Source: Candidatus Hydrogenedentota bacterium (GTDB lineage Bacteria > Hydrogenedentota > Hydrogenedentia > Hydrogenedentales > SLHB01). From it: a stretch of 64,000 nt of DNA. The stretch covers positions 69,518 to 133,517 of the forward strand of contig BTVY01000015.1 of the NCBI GenBank assembly GCA_045863335.1, given 5' to 3'. Below are positions 10,507-20,135 of this stretch, in pieces. How positions within the stretch are numbered: position 1 is the stretch's first letter; every line of letters begins with the position of its first letter. The translations under genes and the position numbers were made by a program. The notes under the pieces were generated by a model. That model was given only the letters and a program-made list of their open reading frames with translations, was not told the DNA's origin and ran no database searches.

Positions 10507-11364
10507 ATGATGGGAAGTAACGCGGGGATCCTTTCTGCCTGTTGCGCGCTCTTGCTCTGCGCGGGATGTGCGACAACAACGGCAAGGACTGAGACAGCCG
10601 AGCCATGGCCCTTGGCCGTGCGTATCATGAGCTACGGCGAGTACCAGGAAGCGGGCTGGGCGCATTTGCAACAGATCGGCGTGAAGTACGTATTCATGTC
10701 CGTTCCCGCGCCGGAAGATGTGGAAGCTACACAGGCGAAACTGGCGAATCTCGGCCTCACACCGGTTGTCTTCCGCGGCAGCGCAGACTTGAGCAAAGAC
10801 ACCTTCGCTGCGGAACTCGAACCGCAGCTCGCGGTTTGCGAACAGATGGGTGTGAAGTATCTCTTCCTCTCCGCCAAACGCGGGGACTCGCCCAAGGAAG
10901 CGGCGTACGAACGGCTGCGCGCCGCGGGCGATGCGGCAAAAGCGCATGGCGTGGTTATCGGATTGGAGACGCATCCCGACCTCGGCACCAACGGCGCGGT
11001 GCAGGTAGAGACCATGCAGGCCGTGAACCATCCCAACATCCGCGTGAACTTCGACACGGCGAATATCACCTACTACAACAAAGAAACCAGCGCGGTCGCC
11101 GAATTGACGAAGAGCATCGGCTACGTGGCTACGGTGGAGTTCAAGGATCATTCCGGCGCCTTTGAAACCTGGGACTTTCCGGTGCTTGGAACGGGGATTG
11201 TCGAAATTCCCGCGATCATCGCCCTGCTGCGCGATCACGGTTACGCGGGCCCGGTCACGCTGGAGTTCGAAGGCACGGAAGGCGTGAAGCTGACGCAGGA
11301 GCAAACTCTGCAGGCCATCGCGGATTGCGTCGCCTACGCCCGGTCCGTAGGCAACTTCAAATAG
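10507..11364 (+). CDS. Xylose isomerase-like TIM-barrel sugar phosphate isomerase/epimerase, probable lipoprotein
   Basis: GLETH, NFDTAN, FKD, LGTGIV, TLEFEG motifs. Lipobox-like LCAGC. Confidence 0.88.
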   Translation: MMGSNAGILSACCALLLCAGCATTTARTETAEPWPLAVRIMSYGEYQEAGWAHLQQIGVKYVFMSVPAPEDVEATQAKLANLGLTPVVFRGSADLSKDTFAAELEPQLAVCEQMGVKYLFLSAKRGDSPKEAAYERLRAAGDAAKAHGVVIGLETHPDLGTNGAVQVETMQAVNHPNIRVNFDTANITYYNKETSAVAELTKSIGYVATVEFKDHSGAFETWDFPVLGTGIVEIPAIIALLRDHGYAGPVTLEFEGTEGVKLTQEQTLQAIADCVAYARSVGNFK

Positions 11365-11379
11365 CGGAGGCGCGCAACC

Positions 11380-13101
11380 ATGCCCGGAACCCAGGGACAT
11401 TTCGAGAATGCCGACATCTTCATGATCGCCGGGTATTTCGTGTTGATGCTCGGCATCGGCGCCTATTTCTACAACCGTATGAAGCGGATGAAGGACTACT
11501 TCAGCGGCGGCAACAGCATCCCGTGGTGGCTGAGCGGCGTTTCGTTTTACATGAGCAGTTTCAGCGTCGCGGCTTTCGTTTTCTATCCCGGGTTGTGTTA
11601 TCGCCATGGATGGGTCGGCGTGACGCTGCTCTGGGTCGCCATACCGGCCACGATATTCAGCGTCATGCTCTTCGCCGTGCGCTGGCGCCGCGCGCGCATC
11701 GACAGCCCCGTCGAGTATCTGGAAACGCGCTACAGCCCGTTCTTGCGGCAGCTTTTCGCGTGGCACGGCATTCCGGTGCGTATGGTCGACGATGGTATCA
11801 AGCTGACCGCGACCGCGACGTTCATTTCCATTTGCGCGGACGTCAGCCTAAACACGAGCATACTCGCGGCGGGGATCATCATTCTGATTTACACGTTCAT
11901 GGGCGGCCTGTGGGCGGTGACGGTGACGGACTTCATTCAATTTGTCGTGCTCACCGTGGGCGTCATCATCATCCTCCCCCTTTCCGTCATCAAGGCGGGC
12001 GGTATGGGCGCGGTAATCGGCAATGCTCCGGAAGGATTCTTTCGACTGACCTCCGAAGAGTTCGGGTGGAGTTACGTCATCCCGCTCATCCTTATGTATG
12101 CCCTGGCTTGGAGCAGCATCAACTGGTCTCTCATCCAGCGGTATTACTGCGTGCCGAAGGAGCGCGATGCACAGAAGGTAGGCTGGCTGGTGGTGGCCTT
12201 GTACGTCATCGGACCGCCGATCATGTTCTTTCCGGCCATCGCCGCGCGGCAGTTCATTCCGGAACTGGAAGACGCGGGGCATATCTATCCGCTGCTGTGC
12301 ACGCAACTCCTGCCCGCCGGCATGCTTGGCTTGGCTGTTGCGGCCATGTTTGCCGCGACCATGTCGACGCTCAGTTCGGACTACAACGTATGCGCGGGGG
12401 TGTTGACGAACGATGTGTATCGCCGGTTGTTCCGGCCCGACGCGACGCAACGAGAACTGGTGCTGGTGGGAAGGATGATGACGATTCTCATCGGCATCGT
12501 GGCGCTGCTCACCGCGATCGCGATGTCTCGCGGGGCCGCCGAGGATCTCTTCAAGAAGATGGTAACGCTGTTCGGCCTTGCCACGTCGCCGGTCGCCGTT
12601 CCGATGCTTCTCGGCCTCGTGTCGCGCCGATTCACCAACCAGAGCGCAATCCTGGGTTGTCTGTCCGGGCTTGCGGTTGGCCTGCTCCTGTTCTTCTTCG
12701 GACCCACGGAGGAACTCCTGTTTCTGGGCATCGCGTGGAAGATGGAAATCGTCCTCATCGTAGTCACGGCCGTGGTGACGCTTGCCGTTATGTTCGTGGC
12801 GAGCGCGATTGCCCCAGCAAGTGCCGAGGCGCAAGCGCGGACCGACGCGTTTCTGAAGCGCATCGAAATGCCCATTGGCTCGTTGCCGGACGACGACGAT
12901 TCCGAATCGAAGGGGAGCGCCTTTTCCCCGTTCCGCGTGGTAGGCATCTCGATTGCCCTCATTGGCGTCTTAATGCTGGCCATGATGCCGGTGATCCAAG
13001 GTAGGACGGAAACCATGCTCGCCGGAGGAATCGGGGGGTTGCTGCTGGCCATCGGCGGGGTCGTCACCTGGGCCAGTCGAAGGCCGGTTCTGGAATCCTG
13101 A
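11380..13101 (+). CDS. Sodium:solute symporter
   Basis: DYFSGG, YTFMGGLWAVTVTDFIQ, LIQRYY, AAMFAATMSTLSS. Confidence 0.93.
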   Translation: MPGTQGHFENADIFMIAGYFVLMLGIGAYFYNRMKRMKDYFSGGNSIPWWLSGVSFYMSSFSVAAFVFYPGLCYRHGWVGVTLLWVAIPATIFSVMLFAVRWRRARIDSPVEYLETRYSPFLRQLFAWHGIPVRMVDDGIKLTATATFISICADVSLNTSILAAGIIILIYTFMGGLWAVTVTDFIQFVVLTVGVIIILPLSVIKAGGMGAVIGNAPEGFFRLTSEEFGWSYVIPLILMYALAWSSINWSLIQRYYCVPKERDAQKVGWLVVALYVIGPPIMFFPAIAARQFIPELEDAGHIYPLLCTQLLPAGMLGLAVAAMFAATMSTLSSDYNVCAGVLTNDVYRRLFRPDATQRELVLVGRMMTILIGIVALLTAIAMSRGAAEDLFKKMVTLFGLATSPVAVPMLLGLVSRRFTNQSAILGCLSGLAVGLLLFFFGPTEELLFLGIAWKMEIVLIVVTAVVTLAVMFVASAIAPASAEAQARTDAFLKRIEMPIGSLPDDDDSESKGSAFSPFRVVGISIALIGVLMLAMMPVIQGRTETMLAGGIGGLLLAIGGVVTWASRRPVLES

Positions 13102-13116
13102 CCAACCCGTGAAAAG

Positions 13117-13146
13117 CGAGGCGGCCGGATTGCTCCGGCCGCCTCG
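13117..13146. terminator. Bidirectional terminator hairpin
   Basis: CGAGGCGGCCGGA-TTGC-TCCGGCCGCCTCG between convergent genes. Confidence 0.75.
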
Positions 13147-13171
13147 TTGTATTTTCTGAAGGTTTTGCAAC

Positions 13172-14482
13172 CTACGTGATCTCAGGCACGACGAAGGGAT
13201 CGCGGTAGTAATCCTTCAACATGGCATTCGCCTCGTCGTCGTTTTTGAACTGGCCCGCGTCGGGGTCGAACTCGAGCGACCGCTGCAACCGGTACGCAAT
13301 GTTCCCGAGATGAATGTGCGCGCAGGAAATGAACGCTTCCTCCGGACTGCCGTGGATCGTGTCCAAGTCGCGATTCTTGACCGACTCCAGGAAGTTCCCG
13401 AAGGTTCCTTTGGACTCTGGTATCTCGACGCCCTCCGGAATCGGAATGGACTTCTGCTGGTAATCGAAGAACCCGCGATCCTTCACCCAATATCCGTCGG
13501 TACCGAATGCGCTATTCGCACAGGCATCGTCGCAGCCCTCGGGGAATGAACCCAGGTTGCGCACCTCAAACGTCAGCATCGTGCCGTCGGCATAGGTAAA
13601 GTCGATCTGCTGCGTGTTGGGCGTCTCGGCGTCGTCCGTCCACTTGTACCGGCCGCCGGTGCTGTACACGCGGACGGGAAGCCCCTTGTTTGCGGCCCAC
13701 GCCGCCACGTCCATTTCGTGAACGCCCTGGTTTCCGCTTTCGCCGTTGCCGAAATCCCAGAACCAGTGCCAGTTGTAGTGAACAAACAGCCCGTCCTCGC
13801 TTCCTTCACGCCACAGATAGGGTCGGTCCTTGGCGGGTCCGAGCCAGAGGTTGTAATCCAAATAATCGGGCGGATCGCCGGGCTTGCCTTTCCCGATGTC
13901 GTAGCGATTGCCGTTCTTGTAGACGTACCCGCGGGCATGCACCACCGGGCCGACGATTTCGCCCTGATGGAGCAGCTTCATATCGCGGATGCGGTTCGCA
14001 TCGGACCGTTGTTGCGTGCCGTGCTGCACCACGCGGTTGTATTTTCGGGCGGCTTTCACCACCTGCTGGCCTTCCCAGAAGCTGTGGGCCATGGGCTTCT
14101 CGACGTAGACATCCTTGCCTGCCTGGCAGGCCCACACGGTGGCCAAGGCGTGCCAGTGGTTCGGTGTGGCGATGGTTATAGCGTTGATGGAATCGTCTGC
14201 GAAGGCGTCCCGCATGTCGACGTAGGTCTTGGGCCGTTTGCCCGTCTTCTGTTCAAGCTGATCGGCCCGGCCTTCGAGCACGCGCTTGTCCACGTCGCAC
14301 AGGGCCACGACGTCGGATGCTTCGTTGCCGCAGAATGCGTCGATGTGCGAACCGCCCCGTCCGCGGATTCCGATACAACACACGTTGACCCGCTCGTTGG
14401 CGCCGAACACGGTGTTCGGCAACACCGTGGCCGCGGCAACGGCAGCGGAGCCACCAAGAAATGCCCTTCGCGATACACTCAT
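13172..14482 (-). CDS. TAT-exported Gfo/Idh/MocA oxidoreductase
   Basis: SRRAFLG leader; IATPNHWH, KDVYVEKP, QHGTQQRS, NQGVHEMD. Confidence 0.93.
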   Translation of the reverse strand: MSVSRRAFLGGSAAVAAATVLPNTVFGANERVNVCCIGIRGRGGSHIDAFCGNEASDVVALCDVDKRVLEGRADQLEQKTGKRPKTYVDMRDAFADDSINAITIATPNHWHALATVWACQAGKDVYVEKPMAHSFWEGQQVVKAARKYNRVVQHGTQQRSDANRIRDMKLLHQGEIVGPVVHARGYVYKNGNRYDIGKGKPGDPPDYLDYNLWLGPAKDRPYLWREGSEDGLFVHYNWHWFWDFGNGESGNQGVHEMDVAAWAANKGLPVRVYSTGGRYKWTDDAETPNTQQIDFTYADGTMLTFEVRNLGSFPEGCDDACANSAFGTDGYWVKDRGFFDYQQKSIPIPEGVEIPESKGTFGNFLESVKNRDLDTIHGSPEEAFISCAHIHLGNIAYRLQRSLEFDPDAGQFKNDDEANAMLKDYYRDPFVVPEIT

Positions 14483-14593
14483 GAGTCTATGCCTCCCTCG
14501 TTGGATGGAGTGATTCGAGTTGCTGACAATATCCCACCATTCTGGACAACTCACGCGGCACCGTCAAGTCACCGGCTTTTCGTTTTCTACCAG

Positions 14594-15823
14594 CTACTCT
14601 GCCGGAGCGGTGAAGGTATGCCGCAACGGGATTGTATGTGTATAGGGCACATACCAGCCGACCGGATGGTTTTCGTAGGTGGGCTCATGGAGATACAGCT
14701 TGATCTCAGCCTTACTCGTGCCGGGCGTAAAGGTCAGTACGCGGCTCATCGGGTGCGACCCGGCGTGGTACTGGGTTACCGCGGCGACCTGAAGAAAGGT
14801 CACGCCCCACTTCTGTTCCTCGATGCGCTTCTCTCCCGTCGTGTCTTCGGGTCCGTGCACGTGCGTGTGCCCGCCGACCCAGAAGTCGATGGCGGGCTTG
14901 CCGTACTCCTCGTGAAAGTCTGCAAGAAACTGTTCGAACGGACCGGGATGGCCGGGTTCGGATACGGTGTATTCAAAATGTTCGGGATCGGGATTTTCGA
15001 TCGTCCAGTACAGATACGAAGACCCTTCGATTCCGCCGCTGCTGCCGTGATAGTCGCCGCCTTCGTTGTAGCCCGAGGCGGTGGTCGTATCGCGCAGCAC
15101 GTGATGATGAGCCGTCACGATGATCTTGTCCTGGTTGTCCAGCACCGTCTGCTTCCACCACTCGAAGGTATCGCGCGTGACGGCGCCGGCAGGGAAACCA
15201 CCCTTGTTCTGATCTTCGCTGTTGCCTCGTCCGACGGGGCTGGGCATGTCGTTCCGGTCGCTCAGCATGATGAACAGGATGTTGCCGGCTTGAAAAGTGT
15301 AGCGGTCCCAGCGGCCCTGAACCGGGAACGGACGGTTCTCGTTCAGCACGCCGGAGTATTGGGGGTTCTCGCCCAGGGGATCGATCCATTTGCGGAACCA
15401 GGTGCCTTCGCCTTCGTCGTAGTAGTTCGCATCGTGGTTGCCTTGCACGTGGTAGATTTGTTCGCGGGCATGTTTACGCAGAGCCTCGAACTGTAGCGCA
15501 ATGACGTGGCCGTCCGCATCGGTCGGCGGGAACTGGCTGGCCGTCATGTCACCGCAATCGATGGCGATATCCCAGTCGAAGCCGGGCGCATCCTCGAAGA
15601 AGCCCTCGGACTGGCGGATGACCTTCGACAAACTCGCGCGCCCGAATCGAATGTCCTGAGGTGAATGAATGCAGCTTGTTGCCCAGACGACGAAGGGGGC
15701 GGCGGCGGCATGCGCGACCGGGACCGAAAATAGGACTGCAACCACAATTGCAAACTGCCGCCGCAACGCACGGTGTTTCGCGCGATTCGCTGAACCCTTT
15801 CGATCGGCCGTACTGTTTCGCAC
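14594..15823 (-). CDS. Secreted calcineurin-like metallophosphoesterase
   Basis: CGD, GNHD, AHHH, GGHTH motifs. Start uncertain (GTG 15823 with RBS; ORF open to 15916). Confidence 0.8.
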   Translation of the reverse strand: MRNSTADRKGSANRAKHRALRRQFAIVVAVLFSVPVAHAAAAPFVVWATSCIHSPQDIRFGRASLSKVIRQSEGFFEDAPGFDWDIAIDCGDMTASQFPPTDADGHVIALQFEALRKHAREQIYHVQGNHDANYYDEGEGTWFRKWIDPLGENPQYSGVLNENRPFPVQGRWDRYTFQAGNILFIMLSDRNDMPSPVGRGNSEDQNKGGFPAGAVTRDTFEWWKQTVLDNQDKIIVTAHHHVLRDTTTASGYNEGGDYHGSSGGIEGSSYLYWTIENPDPEHFEYTVSEPGHPGPFEQFLADFHEEYGKPAIDFWVGGHTHVHGPEDTTGEKRIEEQKWGVTFLQVAAVTQYHAGSHPMSRVLTFTPGTSKAEIKLYLHEPTYENHPVGWYVPYTHTIPLRHTFTAPAE

Positions 15824-15856
15824 TTTCAGCGCTCCCTTCTTCGTGTGACCACCTTT

Positions 15857-15910
15857 CCCGGGGCGGCGCTTCGCTCTGCCCCGGGCTGATATGTTGCGGC
15901 CCTTCAGGCC
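15857..15910. repeat. REP-like palindromic element
   Basis: CCCGGGGC-GGCGCTTCGCTCT-GCCCCGGG CTGATATG..GGCCCTTCAGGCC; layout resembles the units at 34470-34683. Confidence 0.6.
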
Positions 15911-16114
15911 AGACAATCGAGGCCCTGCTGGCCGGCACCAATTAGGGCAGATGTGCTGCGACTCGTCAGGCTTGGGCGAAGTCTTGCGAACGGGGTCTTC
16001 ACCACCCAGGCCAGTATGTGTCGCTGGTCCCGTTCAGAAACTATCGAAACGTCCGACTGGGGGCCACGCTTTCGTTAATCCTTTTGGTCATTCGGATTTG
16101 TTTCGGATTTTTTC

Positions 16115-17350
16115 CTACGCTGGCTCGAACTGCGGCACCTGCAACCGCTCGCCGTCTTTCATAGCCGATTGATGCCCTACGATCCCCGGCACGGTCATAG
16201 CGAGAGCGTCGTAGATGCCAATGGCCGGTTCGCGGTCTTCCAGGAGCGCGTTGATGAACTCCGCGGAAATGAACGTGTGCGAGCCGCCATGGCCGGACCC
16301 ATGCCGCATGGGTTCCGGCAGCATCTCGGCGGTCTTCCAATACTCGGGAATCAGCAATTCGCCACCCTCCGTTTCGGGCAGGTCGTACATGCTGCCTTGA
16401 TGCTCCTTGCGACGGAATCGCAGGGCCGGTTCGTAGAATCCCTCCATCTGCATCATGAAGGTGGCCCGGTCGCCGAACCATTGGGCGCGCTCGCCGCCCG
16501 CCGCTACCAGCCAGAATACGTTGCACCGGCACATGTGGCCTTTATCTGTCTCCATGAGGGAAGACTCATTCCAGTAGGGGTTGCCGTATTCATTCTCCGT
16601 GAGGTAGGGATGATCGGTCCCCCAGCCCAAGGCGGACACCGACGTGACGCGCTCGCCGGTGGTGCCGACGAGATAGCCGAGGCTGTGGGTCGGATAGTGC
16701 AACGGCGCCATTCCGAAGCGCCAGGACTTCGTGCCGTCAGGATTGTAGAAACGCGTGCCCTTATCGGCGATTAGTTGATCGAGGTCGCCGCGGTCGTGGT
16801 AGTACTCGACTTCGGAATAGAAGATCTCGCCGAACCCGCCTTTGTTGTAGAGATTGCGCGCGAAGATGCCTCCGGCGCGGTAGTAACTCGTCTCCGCCAT
16901 CATGTAACGAAGCCCGGTGCGTTCTTTCAGCTCCTTCATCATGTGGGCTTCTTCAATCGTGAAGCAGGCGGGCACGGCGGAAACGACATGCCAGCCGTTT
17001 TCCATGCACCACTTCGTGTGCTTGGCATGGTTGGTCGCCTCGGTGAATACGGCGACTGCATCGACGTTCTTTTCGGTCTTGAGCATCTCTTCGAGGGAAT
17101 CGTAGACGTTGTCGCACTGGTACGTGTCGCGCAGAATCTTGCGCCGCTCTTCGCGCAGGTCCGTAACCGCGGTCACCTCGCAATTCGGATGCTCGTGCCA
17201 CTGAAACTGCGCGCCAAACCCGCCCCCGACTACGGCCATACGGATCTTCCTGCCTGTCTCTTGCGGGTACGCGCGGCCCGCGTACCATAGCGCAGCCGTG
17301 CCCGCAACTCCCGCTCTAGCGGTTTTCGAGAGAAAGTCACGCCGATTCAC
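16115..17350 (-). CDS. TAT-exported Gfo/Idh/MocA oxidoreductase
   Basis: NRRDFL leader (GTG start, GAGGAG RBS); VVGGGFG, YMMAETSYY, YPTHS, GHGGSH. Confidence 0.9.
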   Translation of the reverse strand: MNRRDFLSKTARAGVAGTAALWYAGRAYPQETGRKIRMAVVGGGFGAQFQWHEHPNCEVTAVTDLREERRKILRDTYQCDNVYDSLEEMLKTEKNVDAVAVFTEATNHAKHTKWCMENGWHVVSAVPACFTIEEAHMMKELKERTGLRYMMAETSYYRAGGIFARNLYNKGGFGEIFYSEVEYYHDRGDLDQLIADKGTRFYNPDGTKSWRFGMAPLHYPTHSLGYLVGTTGERVTSVSALGWGTDHPYLTENEYGNPYWNESSLMETDKGHMCRCNVFWLVAAGGERAQWFGDRATFMMQMEGFYEPALRFRRKEHQGSMYDLPETEGGELLIPEYWKTAEMLPEPMRHGSGHGGSHTFISAEFINALLEDREPAIGIYDALAMTVPGIVGHQSAMKDGERLQVPQFEPA

Positions 17351-17489
17351 GATGCACTCCTCAGCCGTTGTGCGTTTTAGCATTTGTCCCGCAGTGGAGC
17401 GGAAACGCGTTACCCGATTTCTACCTTAGAGCGTGAGCGGCGTCGATGGCAAGAGGCTGAGGCTTCCTGGTTTCAGCCAAACAGAGCAC

Positions 17490-17555
17490 TTGACTTTTGT
17501 ATTTTCTTTTGTTTAGCATACTGAACTTATGGATTCGCACAGATATTTAAGTTCA
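17490..17555 (+). promoter_or_regulatory. Putative sigma70 promoter plus operator palindrome
   Basis: TTGACT(17490)-18nt-TAGCAT, followed by TGAACTTA-N18-TAAGTTCA (17522-17555), in an AT-rich intergenic region. Confidence 0.45.
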
Positions 17556-17607
17556 CGTAAATAAATTTCCAGAACCGGCCGCATAGGCCAGCAGGAGAAA
17601 ACGAATA

Positions 17608-18580
17608 ATGAAAAAAAACGGGGTTTACTCTAATCGAGCTGCTCGTCGTCATCGCCATCATCGGCATCTTGGCGGCGATACTCCTACCGGCATTGGCCCG
17701 CGCCCGCGAGGCCGCCCGCCGCGCCAGTTGCCAGAACAACCTGAAGCAATGGGGGCTGGTCTTCAAAATGTACGCCGGCGAGTCCCGCGGCGAAACCCTG
17801 CCCCCCTTCGCCCTGGGTTGGTTTCCGCAAAAGGACGGATCTCCCGGGATCGTGCTCGACGCCGGCCCTTTGCCCATGTCCCTTTACCCCGAATACCTGA
17901 CCGACCCTGCCATCGTGTTCTGCCCTTCGGACGCCGAGCTGGCCACGGATCAGACCGAAGCGAAGGACGACGAAGGCAACTGGTGCCTCGGATACGGCGG
18001 TTATGGTTATCGCAATTGCGGGCGCGCCATTGACGCGAGCTATCAGTACACGGGATTCGTGTTGGACCGCGGCGACGCAAACGATCCCCAGGAGACGCTG
18101 AGCAACATACCGACCCTGGCTTTTGCCGCCTCCCTCTATGGAGTCGATCCCACGTATCTGGCCATGGACGTTCCCGTTCAGTTTGGTTACGTGATGGACC
18201 ACATCTTCGAGTTGTACCTCGCGGCCACGGCTTCCCCTCCCGACGGCCTGTTCCCGCCGGTGGATGAAGACATCGACTTGTCGTCTTCAGCGCCTGGGCA
18301 GGGCAACGGAGGGAGCGACGCCGTTTACCGGTTGAGAGAAGGTATCGAGCGCTTCCTGATCACCGACATCAACAACCCGGCAGGCTCGGCCCGCGCGCAG
18401 AGTGACATCTACATCATGTTCGACGCGCTTTCGACGGAGGTCCACGCATACAATCACGTGCCCGGTGGCGCCAACGTGCTCTATATGGACGGCCACGTCG
18501 AGTTCAGCCGGTATGGTGAAAACGGCGAGCAACCGATCAACCGCGGCAACGCCATCATCATGTCGGTCTATAACCGATAG
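17608..18580 (+). pseudogene. DUF1559/SBP_bac_10 prepilin-type N-methylation + H-X9-DG protein, frameshifted in an A8 tract after the start codon
   Basis: ATG-A8-CGGGGTTTACTCTAATCGAG. Removing one A gives [48 protein letters not shown]-terminal [17 protein letters not shown]. Confidence 0.85.
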
Positions 18581-18655
18581 CCATTTCGCGTGCGTGCGCG
18601 GGCCCCGATCGGGCGCTCGCGCACGCACCGTCACTCACCGCTCAAAGGACTGTCA

Positions 18656-19822
18656 ATGCAAACGACCCGCTGGCTCCACGCAATCCATCAGTGGACCGGG
18701 CTCATTTCCGGACTGAATGTGCTGGTGCTCAGTCTTACCGGCGCGTTTCTCGTGTTTGCGGAAGACATCGAACACTTCTTTGCCGCGACCTCCGGTACGG
18801 TCGTTGCCGAGATTCCTTCGACGTCCCAAACACCCGTTCAGGATGCGATCGCGCAATTGACTGAGCGGCATCCTGGCGCGATTCCTGCCGCTGTACGCCC
18901 GCTTGAGCCCGGCGCGACGCAGGTCGTGATCGCATTGTTGGAGCGGCCGGACACCTTCCATCGGTATGCCTTCGATCCCGGCTCGGGCGAGGTACGTATT
19001 GACGTTCAGGGTTGGCCGGCGAAGCTGTATGAATTCATGCTACACCTGCACACGGATCTCTTCCTGGGTATCATGGGTGGCTTGTTTCTGGGGGGCATCG
19101 CGATTCTGTTTCTCGTTTCGACGCTTACCGGAATCATCATCTACGCGCCCTTCATGAAGAAGGCCATATTCGGTGCGATCCGGGTAGGCCGCGGCGTCCG
19201 GCACACGTCGGCGGACGTCCACAAACTCGTTGGCGCCAGCGCGCTCGCCTTCAACCTCATGATGGCCTTGACGGGTATCGCCCTGACATTCGGGCTTCTA
19301 GGTGCGCGCGTGTGGGCGGCCGGCGAGGTCCGCGATCGCACGCAACAGGCGGCGCCCGTCGCAGCGGCGAAAGGCGCGGTTGCCGGTCGCGCGCCAGTCG
19401 ACGAAGTGCTCGAGCACGCGGCCGCCGTTCATCCCGAGGCGCCCGTCAGCAGCGTCGTGTTTCCCGGCGGGTTTCAGGGGCCCAACCACTACTTTTGCTT
19501 CCACGAACGGGAAGGACGGCTCCAGAAACACCTTCCCGTGTACAGCCTTATCCCCGCAGACAATCCCGCAGCTGCGGAGGACGTCGACGTGCCGTTATGG
19601 ATTGACATCGCGATGTTTTGCGTGCCGGTTCATTTCGGCAACTACGGCGGCCTTCTGCTTAAGTTCGTGTATTGCGCGCTTGGGCTGGGGTCCGGTCTGT
19701 TGACCGTGACCGGGTCGCTCGTGACCCTGGCGCGATGGCGTCGAAAACTGCGCGCCCGCCGCGTGAACGCGTCGCGTCGAACCCGGGTGCTACAGCCGGA
19801 CGTCGCCGTTGCGGATACGTGA
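18656..19822 (+). CDS. PepSY-associated TM helix protein
   Basis: HQWTGLISG..SLTG, LHLHTDL, STLTG, DVHKLVG..ALTG, VHFGNYGG. Confidence 0.9.
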   Translation: MQTTRWLHAIHQWTGLISGLNVLVLSLTGAFLVFAEDIEHFFAATSGTVVAEIPSTSQTPVQDAIAQLTERHPGAIPAAVRPLEPGATQVVIALLERPDTFHRYAFDPGSGEVRIDVQGWPAKLYEFMLHLHTDLFLGIMGGLFLGGIAILFLVSTLTGIIIYAPFMKKAIFGAIRVGRGVRHTSADVHKLVGASALAFNLMMALTGIALTFGLLGARVWAAGEVRDRTQQAAPVAAAKGAVAGRAPVDEVLEHAAAVHPEAPVSSVVFPGGFQGPNHYFCFHEREGRLQKHLPVYSLIPADNPAAAEDVDVPLWIDIAMFCVPVHFGNYGGLLLKFVYCALGLGSGLLTVTGSLVTLARWRRKLRARRVNASRRTRVLQPDVAVADT

Positions 19823-19824
19823 AC

Positions 19825-20019
19825 ATGAACTTTCCGAAACTTATCCGCAAACGTCACCCCCTGGTTTTTCCAGGTATCCTCTCCGTGTGCTTTGCCGCGG
19901 GAGTCGCCGCGAGCCTCTACACCGGCGCGCCCGGCATTGCAGGCGGGTTGTTGGCGGCCGTTCCGGTCGGTTCCGCGGCGTGGGCAATTTGCGCCAGCCT
20001 GAATGGGAGAAGGCGCTGA
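19825..20019 (+). CDS. Small two-TM membrane protein
   Basis: MNFPKLIRKRHPLVFPGILSVCFAAGVAASLYTGAPGIAGGLLAAVPVGSAAWAICASLNGRRR; abuts the PepSY-TM stop. Confidence 0.55.
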   Translation: MNFPKLIRKRHPLVFPGILSVCFAAGVAASLYTGAPGIAGGLLAAVPVGSAAWAICASLNGRRR

Positions 20020-20135
20020 TCCAAGGCGCGGACAGATTACCCCGTCGATCCAACTGCAAATCCTCTCCAAACCGGGTATCATTCACTTAGGCCTCAGGGA
20101 CATGGCGGTTTCCCTCGGGGTCAATCTTCAGCACG

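Noticed and set aside
9451-11766. Long antisense ORFs (771 aa here; also 858-2150, 13718-15496, 52382-53866 and others)
   Set aside because: Shadow ORFs opposite well-supported genes, expected in GC-rich DNA, with no recognisable motifs.
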